64,000 nt of DNA, taken from the NCBI RefSeq assembly GCF_009914755.1, contig NC_060942.1, one strand, 5' to 3'. How positions within the stretch are numbered: the first letter of the stretch is position 1; each line of letters opens with the position of its first letter. The DNA is from the human T2T-CHM13v2.0 reference genome, Homo sapiens. Below are positions 1 to 12,662 of this stretch, one piece after another. The notes beneath the pieces are model-generated. The model saw nothing but the letters and a program-made list of their open reading frames with translations. It was not told where the DNA came from and did no database searches. A program made the position numbers and the translations under genes.

Positions 1-704
1 TAGTAGAAGGACTGGAAGTTGTTTGTTCCTAAGCGTTTTGTGATATTTATGAGTGGCCTTATTTTAAAAAGTCCCCATTAGTCTGTTTATTTTTAGGTAT
101 CATATTAAATGCACCAGCAGAAAAATACAAGATCAAAGCCCCCAAAGGTCAAATGCCTGCTTCTTAGCTGGAGTCACACTGTTTAGAAGCTGAAAGCAGC
201 CAAGTCCCACGACATTAATATCCTGGGAAAGAATGGAGCACTCTCATCCCTCAGGGATCCTTTCCCGGGTTCAAAGGCATTTTGCACTCTATCAGGTGAA
301 AGGAAACACACATTAGCCAAATACAGGCAGACTTCACAGATGCAATAAAAGATTCCCAGTAGAGCTCCTTAAAGCTCCTCTGACTGATCTTCGACTTCAA
401 GGTTGTGCCTAAGCAAACTGCATTGGAGCTGATGTGTTCAAATGTGGCTAACAGCTCACCAGAATCAAGCCAATCTATGCCTTCAGCATATCTCTTCTAC
501 AGGCTGAGACATGTGCTTGGGCTCAAAATGTCCAAACCTCCCCCACCATGGGCTCCTTATACTCCCAGCTAGGTAGGAGGATCAGTGATGGCCTATCAAG
601 AATAGAAGAGACTCACTCCCTCTGCTGACTGCCATTCTTGATATTATCTAAATATTTTGAGCTTAAATTTAAGTTTAAAAATCAGCATGGAGCAAAAAAG
701 CATA

Positions 705-1008
705 GACTGGGCATGGTGGCTCAAAATGCTCTAATACCAGCATTCTGGGAGGTCAGGGAGGGAGGATCCCTGGAGTTCGGAACTTCATGACGAGCCTGGG
801 CAACATGATGAAACCCTGTCTCTACAAAAAGTATAAAAATCAGCCAGGCATGGTGGTGCACGCCTGTAGTCCCAGCTACTCGGGAGGCTGAGGCAAGGGG
901 ATCACTTGAGCCCAGGTGGTTAAGGCTGCAGTGAGCCATGACTGCGCGGCTGTACTCCAGCCTGGGTGACAGAGCAAGACCCTGTCTCTAAAAAGACAAA
1001 AACCAAAA
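705..1008 (+). mobile_element. AluJ SINE
   Basis: Dimeric Alu with J-type right arm (ggatcacttgagcccagg...gctgcagtgagccatga) and A-rich tail. Confidence 0.93.
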
Positions 1009-2838
1009 GGATGTGATCTTGTTCATATGCCTAGAAAGGTCATTATCAACATTTAAACTATCACAGAAAAATGCAATGCCCTGATCCTTTAGCTCTTTAT
1101 GTGTCTACGGGCTCCCAATATCTAACACATATTCTTCCTTCACAAAGCCCTTCAAATAGAATGGAATCTGGACTCAAAATTTGCTAGCTCTGATGAGAAA
1201 GAGGACCCGGGAACAAGCCCTCCAATGGCACAAAGAAGCCCTCCTTTTCCCTTCTACTCGAGGTTAAGATGGAGAGGTGTCAGCAGTTCCTGAACACCTC
1301 TGCCCTAAGGGACTTCAGACAGGAACAAAAAAATTAAGGGACTTTGGACGATTGTTCCCAGCAGAAGCCTGGGAAATGACCAAGTCAGGTATTTGCTAAA
1401 CTATTTAATGAGGCTGCATAAGCAATAAGGAGAACTTGATAGAGCTTTAGGGTCACTGAGGTTTCCAGGGTGAATTAAAGCAGTGAAGTAAGAGGAGAGG
1501 ATTTAAAAATTAACCTGCGTGTGAATGTACTATGTTCGGAACAGGAATTAAAAAGCAAACAAGGATTAATTGATCCCCTCCTCCCTCCCAAGCTGCACGC
1601 TGGCATTTCAGGAGCAAAATGGATTGGTTGAGAATGCACTCTGCTGGGTAATTAAACAAGGAGGTCGATCAATACTCAGTAGCTGGGATTTAAATACCCA
1701 TTGAAAAGCTAACAGAGGAACCCAGAAGGGAACAGAAGAATTGCTGGTTGGCTCAGGCAAGATTGGATCTTAAGGTTTCTGCATGTAAAAAATGAACAAC
1801 AACCAAAAAAAGCACCTCGTTCTTTTCACCTCTCTAACTTTAAAAACCTCTTTGATTCAGTATTAGCCCAAACAAAAATAAGGATCTCCACTCAGAGCAT
1901 TTCTCTTGGTGGCGAGTGACAGATGTAAAGGGCCCAATTTGTGATTACGTGGTTCACTTCTACAACTGCAATTAAGCTGCCCGTTAAATTCACGTAGCTA
2001 AATAAAAATTACAATCAGTTACTTATTAGCTACCTTGAACCTGCCTCCCTGAGAGCTAGAGGGTTGGTGAGAGAGCCAATTCACAGCAAAGCTAAAGTGA
2101 TCTGCCTTGCTTAGTTGTTGTGGTTTTCAAATCAGATAGGTCATGAGCATCTGTGTATGCATAAACAACTGAAACTGCCCAGAGATGTCTCATGGCTAAT
2201 CAGATCAGTAGGCCCACCAGCCAGCAGCCAAGACACTCAACTCCCAGTTGGATGAACGTGATCTAACTTTGCTGCAAATACGGGCCCTGGGCTCTTCTCT
2301 TCAGCACCCACCTGATGAAGAAGGGAAATAATGAGACCAAAGACAAAGGCAGGAGCAGAACAGGCTTTTCTTCAAAGCCCATGAAGGGGAAAAGACCCAT
2401 TATGAAGGGAGGGTTACGGGCAGAGAACTCGCCAGGGCTGTTGATGATATTGCTGTTGTTGGTTGGTCTTAGGATTCTCTAGGGAGGAGATGAAATAGAA
2501 GGAAAATCTAGGGGTAACAGCTCACAATTGGCCCAGTGACTAAAGGCCACCTTTCAGGGGTTCATTCAGGATTTCCTCGATTCCTGGGCTCACCTGTGAG
2601 GCACCAGTTTTCTCCACTTCCTGCTTGTAAACCCATGCATTATAAGCTTTCTTGATGGGAGGACTGAGGGAGAAGATAACCCTACAGTGAAGGGTGCTTG
2701 GAGACACAAATAGCTAAAACACACCAGAGGAGGCAATTGATTTTATCCAAGAATCTACCTGAATTTACCAAGGATTACTTCTGGGTATCTTGGAGGATTT
2801 GTATCTTAAAGGATCCAAGTTATAAAATTCTAGAGTCA

Positions 2839-3067
2839 TTCATGGAGATGAAAGTAAAACAGTGCTTATTAGGGGCTGGGGGAGTGGGGAATAGAGAGTT
2901 AGTGTTTAGTGGGTTCAGAGTTTCAGCTGGGGATGGTAACAAAGCTCTGGCAATGGGTGGTGGTGATGGTTGCATGACTATGTGAATGTACTTAATGCTA
3001 CTGGAGTATGCACCTAAAATGATTAAAATAGTAAATTTTATGTTATATGCATTTTACCATAACAAAA
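2839..3067 (+). mobile_element. 5'-truncated L1M (L1MB-like) 3' end with 15-bp TSD
   Basis: L1MB 3'UTR motifs (ggtggtgatggttgca...gtaaattttatgttatatg) plus A tail; aaaattctagagtca at 2824-2838 and 3068-3082. Confidence 0.85.
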
Positions 3068-3440
3068 AAAATTCTAGAGTCAGCGAAGACAATGTTATTT
3101 CCTGTATAATCCATATAAACCTACAGCCTACTACTTTTGAAACATAGAAACTTCTCCATGTTTCCAAAATTACATTACCGAGGGATGCCAAAAAGAAAAA
3201 GACTTTAAGGGATGGGAGATGCACCTGTATCCATTCTACCCAGAGCACTCACATGAAACATTTCCCAGAGAACATGGCAGCCCAGGTCCCTGTTTCGTTT
3301 GCCTCGGTGCCCTGTGCCCCGTGCCCTCCCCATATCCAGGCAAAGCTGCTGAAGACCCAGAGCGGCCTTCTGGTCACCAACCACCTGCTCTTCTGATTTT
3401 CTTTCTGAAACATCATTCTCTCTTTCTTTCCCAATTTCAG

Positions 3441-3595
3441 GAGAGAATCTAATATACTCATTCACACTGAGGTGTAAGGCTCTAAGAAGATGTACACTGC
3501 CTGCCCAGGGATATATCCAGTTCACCTGGAAGCTAAGCAAGAAGAATTAAAATACAGAAATGGGAATAAAGTTTGCAACCTCTCCAACCCTTTGT
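3441..3595 (+). other. candidate terminal exon of a non-coding transcript
   Basis: Long polypyrimidine tract ending ttcag at 3440; ATTAAA 3546-3551 and AATAAA 3565-3570, followed by T/GT-rich sequence. Confidence 0.35.
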
Positions 3596-4094
3596 TCCAG
3601 GCTGCTTTTTACGCCTCAAAACTTACCAGATTTTGTCTGCACCTCCCAGACAACCTCAGAAATGTGTTTCCCAAAAATCTCTTTCCCTGGTCAGTTTCTC
3701 TGTCATGCACTACTTTCAGAAACCCAGACTATCCTCTGGCCCATCAGCCCTCATGCCCAGAGACCCATGCCAAGTTAAGTTGTTCATTGGGCACAGATAT
3801 GTCTCCAAGGCACCTTCTAAATCTGTCAAGGCCAATTTAGGAACAGAAGGTTGAGGCCAGATGGAAAAGTTGGGAAAGCACCCATGGAGAACAGAGCTAG
3901 CCCAGGCCTGGAGGCACAAGATCACTAATCTGATGAGTGGCTCCAATCAAATGAGACCACATGGACATTGGCAAAGAGCATAAGGAAAGTTCTCTCTTCA
4001 CTCAAGCCTGTAGCCTGTCCTAGAACAAAGGAGCAAAGGTTCTTTCAGCATAAACATTGCCGACTCTCTGGAGGAAAACAGGCTCTTTTTTATA

Positions 4095-4180
4095 TTTACA
4101 AAATCAGAACCAGCAGAGGCCAGACCTAGGAATCTGTATTTTTAAAAGGCTCCCCAGGAGCAATGGAAACCACTGGTCTA
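4095..4180. mobile_element. MER5-type hAT-Charlie fragment
   Basis: aatcagaac...ggaatctgtatttttaaaaggctccccagg...aaccactg resembles the MER5A/B end. Confidence 0.5.
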
Positions 4181-4903
4181 AATTAAAAAGTGATGACAAA
4201 TAAAAAAGCCAACATAGGGTGTTTTGTGTTCGCTCTCATTCTATGGTGTTGTGGACATCCATAGAGAATGTGCTATTTATCCTATTTATTTACTTGTTTT
4301 TCGAAACAGCAAAAGGATACTGAGATAGGAGACTTTGCTCAACAAGCCAGTGCTAATCACCATAAAGGGTCTGTTGTGTCACACTCTGATGAATCACCAC
4401 ATGTCAGCAGGGACACAGCCAACGGAAATATGTTCTATGGCTTTGGTTTCCTCTTTTCCCTTGATGCATGAAAAAATCCTTTTCCCCAAGCTAAGTTTAG
4501 GGCAAGAGGCTCTTTTTGTTTGTGAATGGAGGCAGTCTGAGGGTGAAACAGGATGCCCCAAACAGAAGGAAGGGCCCAAGGAAATCTGCCATCTGGAGAG
4601 TGAGCTGTAGGGGCACCTTGGATTCCTATGCAGAATTGTCCTTAGATTTAGGCAACAGCCTGGCGAGCCTGACTCTTGCTGAACAGAGAGGCTGTGCCTC
4701 TCTCATGTGAAGAGTGGATGTCATCCACACACGTGGGGGAAAGGACTCCTTCAGGGGCTCATTCCTCCTCCATCTGAGGGCGCTCCCACCAGTCTTTCAC
4801 TATCTGCCTCCATCCACTGCTCCTCAGTACCTTGGCCTCAGCCCTCTTTGCTTCCTTCTCAGCCTCTCTATTTCTCCCAGTCACCCAGCCTTAGAATCTT
4901 TGT

Positions 4904-5099
4904 GGCCAGGCACAGTGGCTCATGTCTGTAATCCCAACACTTTGAGAGGCCGAGATGGGAAGATTGCTGGAGCCCAGGAGATCGATGGTGCAGTGGGCTA
5001 TGATCATGCCACTTCACACCAGCCTGGGTGACAGAGCCAGGCTTGTCTCTAAAAATAATACTAGCAATAATGAAAACAAACAAACAAACAAACAAAAAT
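4904..5099 (+). mobile_element. monomeric AluJ/FRAM-like element with (AAAC)n tail
   Basis: Left-arm start joined to right-arm end (gcagtgggctatgatcatgccact...gacagagcc) with no middle A-linker. Confidence 0.85.
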
Positions 5100-5116
5100 A
5101 ATCTTTTTCTCTATGA

Positions 5117-5650
<534 letters not shown>

Positions 5651-6558
5651 TTATTTATCTCTTCACACATACACACGTATGTCTTGTTTTTGACATACCG
5701 TCTTGGTTGCTGCCATATTGAATCAGCCCCCAAATCCTGCTGATTGTGGTCTTGTTTGTATCCCTCGCATACATTCTTGCTTTTCCATATTCATTGCTAT
5801 CACTGCCCTCCAAATATATTCCTTCAAGTTGACCTTCACTGTAGGTCATTCAAGATTACAGTATTAGGTTCTTAGCCTTCTGGCAGCCATCAGTGGTTAG
5901 AGGGGTGAAGGCCACAGTCTCCTCCCCACCACCTCTCAGCCAGGTGGTCTGCTGTAATGAGATCAAGACTCAGACCAAACTCTGACACATAGAGAGACCT
6001 ATCAGCCAGCAGCAACGAAAACATCAGACCACCTGGTTTGCAAGCTCAGCAAACATAGGACCACCTGGTTTATCCTAGCTCTCTGTCCTTTCATTCCAAG
6101 CAGATGTGACAAGGAGCTAGCAGCAGGGTTCAGTTAATTGGTCAAATGACACGATTCTCCTTAAGCAAATGAACACAGAATCTAGCAGAATTCTAAGACT
6201 TGGGGGACACTCCAGAGGGTGTGAGCTGCTCATGCCCTAATCACACAAAGGCAAGGACCCCTGTGCAGCCTTCCTAACCGATCCAACAAACACCACTCGT
6301 TTCACCAATAAAAAATAAAATCTAACACCCAGTATGCTAATAAACAAAAGTTCTGGTGTCCATTGGAAATAAATATAACTGAAGTGCTAGTATCACAGTC
6401 TGGAACATAACAGAACTACCCCTAATACTTCTGAAATATTAGGAAACTTCAAATACTAAATAACTGTGCTTAGAGCATTAAGCAAACTGAAATACACATC
6501 ATCAACATATGTTTTAAACAGAGCTGCTTTAAAGTAAATTATAGATAATATAACAATA

Positions 6559-6914
6559 TTGTCTTAGTCCATTGGGGCTACTATAATAAAATACCACAAG
6601 CTGGGTAGCTTATAAATGACACAGCTTTATTTCTCATAGTTCCATAAGCTGAGAAGTCTGAGATCAAGGCACCAGCAGATTAATTGTCTGGTGAGGGCCC
6701 ACTTTCTCATTCATACCTGGTGCCTTCTCTCTGTGTCTTCACATGGTAGAAGGAGTGAGTTAGCTCTCTCAGGTCTCTTTTATTAGAGCACTAATCCTAT
6801 TTATGAAGGCTCTGCCTAATCACCTCCCAAAGGCCCCATCTCCTAATATCATCACTTTGGGGGTTGGGATTTCAATGTATGAATATTGAGTAGACACCAA
6901 CATTGAGACTATAA
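6559..6914 (-). mobile_element. MLT1A-type MaLR solo LTR
   Basis: tgtcttagtcc...gctactataataaaataccac...atcacctcccaaaggcccc...ttcaatgtatgaat. Confidence 0.85.
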
Positions 6915-7075
6915 TGAATGCCATATATGGGCTTTTACTTCTTCTTGTCAAATTGTCCTTTCTTCCTCTTTGAACATATACCACAAGCTTTAGTCCTTTT
7001 CTTCTGACCTCAAGGAAGACCTGATTATCTGTCACAATACTTTATTCCTGAAATGATGGAATATTACTTGTCCCT

Positions 7076-7430
7076 TCATTTATTCAGCAAACACTTGTAC
7101 TCCTAACGCAATAAAAAATCACGTAAGCCAAGAGGGTAGGGGGTAAGTAAACTGGTACCTTGACTTAAAGGGGCTCTAGGTCTAAAGAAGAGGCAGACAT
7201 TGGAGCTGAAAATAACAGCACCAGGCAGTGACTCTCAGGACAGATGTGCACAAGTCACAGTGGAAGCACAGAAGAGACACCCCTGAGTGTGCCTCCCAGA
7301 AAAGGGTGAGGAAAAATGACCAAAGATGCTTCATCTTAAGGAAGTATTGTCCTGGCTGAACTGAGCCTTAGAGGATGAATGGAAAGTTGGCCTGCAGTAT
7401 AGGCAGCATCCCAGGCAGAGAAGACAAAAA
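7076..7430 (-). mobile_element. L2 3' fragment
   Basis: cattcattcagcaaacac-like end followed by typical L2 3' motifs (gagccttagaggatgaa, catcccaggcagag). Confidence 0.55.
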
Positions 7431-7442
7431 ATATATACCCAA

Positions 7443-7720
7443 CAATAATAGCTAAAATCTATTAAACTCCTACTCTGCTCCAGGTGCTCTCCTAGGAATG
7501 CCATGTGCATAATAAATAAAATCTGAAATAATGCACATCATTTCACTTCTTCCTCAAAACAACACCCTGAGATAGAGGCTATTATTACCTCCATGTCACA
7601 GAAGAAAACTGGGGCTGAGAGCATTAAAATAACTTGCCTAAGGTCGCACTGCTAGAAACTGGCAGAGCCAGGGTTTGCACCTAGTGATTTCTGGCACTTA
7701 AGATATTACACTATATTCTG
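7443..7720 (-). mobile_element. MIR
   Basis: acagaagaaaactggggctgaga...aacttgcctaaggtcgcac...ggcagagccaggg. Confidence 0.75.
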
Positions 7721-9369
7721 TTCGCTACAACATACAAGTATTAAATGGGGCTGAAACTGAAGTTCAAAACAGAACTGCGTGCAGTCAGTCTGGAGAGGTA
7801 AGTCAGCCGGAACATGGGTTTTGGTTCATTTTCTCATCTAGATGTGACTGCCTGAGTCTAGTACATCTTTCTGTTTCTATTACAAAGTTAAACACACAGT
7901 AGGGGTTCGATGGAATTGAGTGACTGAGTCTACAGGGAAAGAATTTCCAGAATAGATTATTGAATCACCAACTGTCTGAGTAGTGACTCGCCCCTTCTTT
8001 TTGGGTTTATTTTCTTTTAAAAATAGAGTTTTCAACATGCCCAACCAATATCAACAGATATTTGAGTGTCCTCCATGAGGCACACACAGTTAAGGGCAGT
8101 GGAGATTCAGCAGGGAATAAAATAGGCAAGGTCTCTTCTGTTAGACAGCTTAAAACAACCTTCCCCTGATGTGACCTCTCTTATTCTGAAAAATGCCAGG
8201 GAAATAACAATCAACAATGGACTCTGACAGTGGGCATCTCTAGAGGTACGCTCCACCCTTGCAGGGTGCCAGCATCTTGACACCATGCTCAGGCCCACAT
8301 GACCATCACCAATGATGACTGCAAGATTCCCACCCCCAGGAGACCCAGGGCCCAGCACAGTCACTTATCTGGCCACCAAGAGCTTGCTCAGGGGACACCC
8401 TGCGACTCTTTAAGGTGGCCAAGGGCAGCCAGCACCTGCTGAATCAGCAAACCACCCAGAGCCCTGTATGTGTTGGCCTAAGAGCTCAGCCCTGGGCCAG
8501 GCAGCGGGACTTTTCCCCTCTGAAGAATGTGCCTCTATTCAAACTCCACTCTGCAGGAATGCCCACGGTGCCAAAAAGGAACAGAAAAAAACAGGATTCA
8601 AAACAAGGCACTTGAATGAAACAAGGTCCAGTTTTCAGTTCTCATTTTCTTTCTTACTCTGAATCCAAGCATGCTGTGTCTGAAGGAAGGTGGCCAGGGA
8701 AAGGAAGGGCCCTGGAGGCTGGCTGTTCTCTCTTTCTTCCAGTAGGGTGGTGGGGTAAAGCAAGGAGAGAATGGTGAGCCATGTTCTCAGGGAGAAGGCA
8801 GGGTAGAGGTCACTTGCGTGGTGTCTCATGTGATGTCTGGTAGGATCAGACTGACCCAAAACTCGAGTTTCCTTAGGGAGCAGCCCGTTCTCTCAGTGTC
8901 CCCATGGGACCAGCTTGCTGAGCTGACCAAGGCCTCGGCCCCCGGCAGCTGGCTGTCCTCAGTCCTCTCCCACCCCTGAGCCTGCTTCCCACCTCCTTCC
9001 TCCCTTACAGACAGTGACCTTGTCCTCAAGTTGCCCCACTCCTGTCCTTCCCATGGGCTAAGCCAACTGTCCACTCCAGAGGCTCCCTCATGAGGCTTCT
9101 AGGAGTAGAGGAGGTTGCATATCTGCAATGTTAAAGCCTCAGTCCTGAGACCTGGGCTGCCTCTTTTTCCTCCCTGGGCCTTGCTCTGTGGGGCCAGGAT
9201 AAGTGGCCAGAATAATGTGATCTCAGCCCTTTTCTTTGACTAAATGCACTGCCAGGTTTAAACACAAGGTGCATCCCTGGGCTCCAGGCTGCTTACCATG
9301 CTTGGGACACTTCCTCCCCTACCCCTGCAGTCCCCAACTGTGGGGTCTGACCACCACCATGGCCTAAGT

Positions 9370-9585
9370 CAGGGCTCAGCAACTTTCTGTGAAAAGTCAG
9401 ATAATAAAAATTTTAGGTTTTGTGGACCACATTCAATCTCCATCACATATTCTTTGGTTTGGTTTTTTTGTTGTTTTTAGGGGGGTTTTTTGTTTTGTTT
9501 TTTCTTTTAACAACCTTTTAAAAATGTATAAGCCATTCTTAGCAGGGCCATGGACCAGATTTGGTCCATAGTTTGTCAACGCTTT
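9370..9585. mobile_element. MER58-type hAT-Charlie element
   Basis: cagggctcagcaactttctgtgaaaagtcagataataaa...ccagatttggtccatagtttg. Confidence 0.7.
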
Positions 9586-10205
9586 TGCCTTAGTACACTG
9601 GTCTTTCTCAAGCCCAGTGAAAGTAAAATGATGATTTCCTCAGGGAGTTTCAAACAAGCTGCTTCCAGCTGAGCGGCCCTGCCTAGGTTCCGATGATGTC
9701 ATGATCCAACCAGCAGCCATCTATGATCATAATTAACTAAGAGAAACATTTACCGGGAGGCAGCAGAATTTTCCATCAAATTCTTCTTTATTAAAAAAAA
9801 TAGATTCCTTTTCAAAATAGACAAGCTTGGAAATTTTAAAAATAACAGTATTCATTAACAACTCCCACACTAACTGTGGTTACCAAACCTTGAGAATCTA
9901 AGTGCCAAATTCCATGTGCTAGCATTCACATGCTTTCTACTTTGATTCCCACAGTGGCTCCCACTGTAGCTATCAATGCAATCCAGGCTCAACTGAGGTC
10001 ACTCTGTCACTTGAGATTGAAATAAAATTGGCTTAACCCCCCTATCTTAAATCCATTGGGAAGACCAAGATTGTAGCACATTCCCAGGAACTGAAATTCT
10101 CAAGGCACTGCTGACTCCACAGTTTCAGGCTGTCCCTCTCAATCCCTCACTCAGCTCTTCTGCTTCCCCAGCAGCTGTGGCCCAGGACTGGGAACATGGC
10201 TCTTC

Positions 10206-10207
<2 letters not shown>

Positions 10208-10262
<55 letters not shown>
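10208..10262. repeat. (TG)27 perfect microsatellite
   Basis: Uninterrupted TG run read directly from the sequence. Confidence 0.98.
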
Positions 10263-10269
<7 letters not shown>

Positions 10270-10867
10270 ACACATTTACCCAGTAGCATTGTGCTGAGGC
10301 CAACTTCACAGAAGGTTTAAGACAACGGAGAGATGAAGCCTTGCAGTGGGTCAAGGTCAAATTTACCAGTTTCTATAAAACTGGGCATTAGTCACCCCAT
10401 TTCCAAGTCTTTTGGCCATGCTACCAAATATCAGGGGTTTCCACCCCTCCCTCACAGGATGGTCTTCCTTCTTCTCCATCTCTCCATCTTTTGGGCTCAC
10501 CCACTCCCTGCCTCCCAAATTCAAATTAGCTCTCCACCAGGCTCTGGGATCTTCTTGTCCATCCATGAGTGTCTCCAGGTCTCGGAACTGGCATCACTTT
10601 TGAAATCTCAGTCTTTCCCTTCTTTTCTCTAGCCATGATCAGTGGAATGAAGAGGCCTAGAGTATATTTTTCCCTTTGATATGAATGCACCGTCTCCTTT
10701 ACAAAGCAGAAGTGGCTACAGGCAGTTGATTACTATGCCTTCCCTCTCTGTTACATTCACACCCCCACTTTACCAAGGAGGACACTGATGCTCGGGATCA
10801 TCCAGCCAAAATGTGGCAGAGCTGCTGTGACCCTCCAGGCTGGACTCACTGCTCTCACTCCCTGCAT

Positions 10868-11597
10868 CAGTGGTTCTCAAACTGGACTGCTCCTAGGAGT
10901 CACTCAGAGGATTTGTTTAAGTGACACAGGTCACTGGGCCACCGCCCCCTCAGAGTTGCTGATTCATCAGGTCAGAGGGTGGAACCTGAGAACATGCATT
11001 TCTAACAAGTTCCCAGGGGATGCTGTAGGGCAAATGCACCCGAGAGCAATAACCTAAGCATATCCTTAGAACAACCCTGTATGGTAGATACACCTGAATG
11101 TGAGTTCCAAGCTGGAATCTGGGAGTGGCCAACCTGGAGATTCATTCCTTGTCAATGAGGAACATCTGAGCCCCTGACCTGTTCCATGGAACATAGGCTA
11201 TGCAGGAAATTGAGGCTCTGAGTTTTGATTAAATAAAGGTTACAAGGCAGAGGTCATTAAAAGGAGAGTGTTAAGTGATAATGTTATATAAGCCGCATGC
11301 TGTTGGCAAGCAGTTGCAGTTTTCCTACTTAATTGGCCTCCACTGGACTGTAAGGTGGTTATCTTGTCCATCCCTCTACCACTGGACTGTTTCTGTACAT
11401 AAGGTGGTTCTCCTGTCCAGCTCGCTGCCACTGGACTCTTTCCCCTGTAGGTAAGCCCTCAATAAAACCTCATGTCTTGTTCGCTGGCTCTGGATCTCTT
11501 CTTCGGCCTCTTGAACGTGGTGCAATCCCTACTGAAGTTAACAGGGGTTTGGCATGGGAAATGCTGATTCAGGGGCCGCACTTTGAGAACTACCACA
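10868..11597. mobile_element. MER5A split by an LTR insertion
   Basis: cagtggttctcaaact...gcatttctaacaagttcccagg up to 11023; resumes atgctgat...cactttgagaac from 11561. Confidence 0.8.
11024..11559 (+). mobile_element. ERVL-class solo LTR (LTR47-like)
   Basis: TG start, aatgcacc..agcaataac.taagcat motif, TATA-like ttatataa, AATAAA at 11461; atgc flanks on both sides. Confidence 0.75.
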
Positions 11598-11859
11598 GTA
11601 GATAATGCATGGTTTTATGCCAGGGTGTGGGTGTGTGGTGGAGGGAAGAAAACGGTGGGGTGGGAGCAGGCTGGGGGTGAACATGGATATAAGTGATAAA
11701 CTTTGACCTTTTCTTCACAGTCCTTAAATTCTGCATTCATTATTTCATACAATCTAAACTTTATGTATATTCTTGATTACAATACACTTTTCTAAAGAAT
11801 TCCCATCTTTGGGTCTTGGGATCTGGTGGCCTGAGTTGCTTCACACCAGTTTATTGTTA

Positions 11860-12225
11860 CCTCAAAAGTTTACAGACTACCACCCAATCCAACCCACTGC
11901 CTGGTTTTGTACAACTCATGAGGTAAGAATGGCTTTAATATTTTCAAATGGTTGACAAAAAATTAAGAGACGAATATTTTGTGATACATGACAATTACAT
12001 GGAATTCAAAGCTCAGTGTTTATAAATAGCTTTAGTGGAACACAAACATGCCCATTTATCGACAAAGCATCTGTGGCTGCCTTCCTGCTACCACAATAGA
12101 GATGAGTAGTTTTGACAGAGACCCTGCGACCCGCAGAGTCTAAGATATTTAGCATCATCTAGTGATACTAGAAGACACTAAATATTTTAGCATTAGGTCC
12201 CTTACAAAAAATGTATTGACCTCTG
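11860..12225. mobile_element. MER58B-like hAT element
   Basis: ccactgcctggttttgtac...ggaacaca...gagtagttttgacagagacc...cccttacaaaaaatgtattgacctctg. Confidence 0.75.
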
Positions 12226-12662
12226 GTCTATCCTCTCCTTATTTCTATGCTCTGATTTCCCCCAGTAAGATTTAATTCTGCAGGTTTTCTCACAGTCAGT
12301 ATGACTCTGTATTTTCTTACTTAACTTTCACTCTTTAGAGCAACTACTTGGTGGTCTTCTAACCGTGGTGGGAGATAGTTATTGATCCTGGAATGTTTCT
12401 CAGAGGCATCCATCTACACTTATCTACCTTGTCCTCAGTCAGAATTGCCCTGCCTGTACACATTTTAAGAAACAAACCAATCAATTTCCCTAGGAAGTCC
12501 TGGTATGCACTGAAATTGAATATGATCATTCCCTGGACAACCAGAAATGTTTAATACAGAGCCTGGAATCAGAAAATTCCCAGCTTTCACTCAGAACAGT
12601 TTCCTCAAAGCACCTGTATTTCTTCCTATGTAAAAAATTGTTAACTCATACATTTAAACATA

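Noticed and set aside
11622-11678. G-run cluster as a G-quadruplex
   Set aside because: Several loops exceed 7 nt; weak candidate
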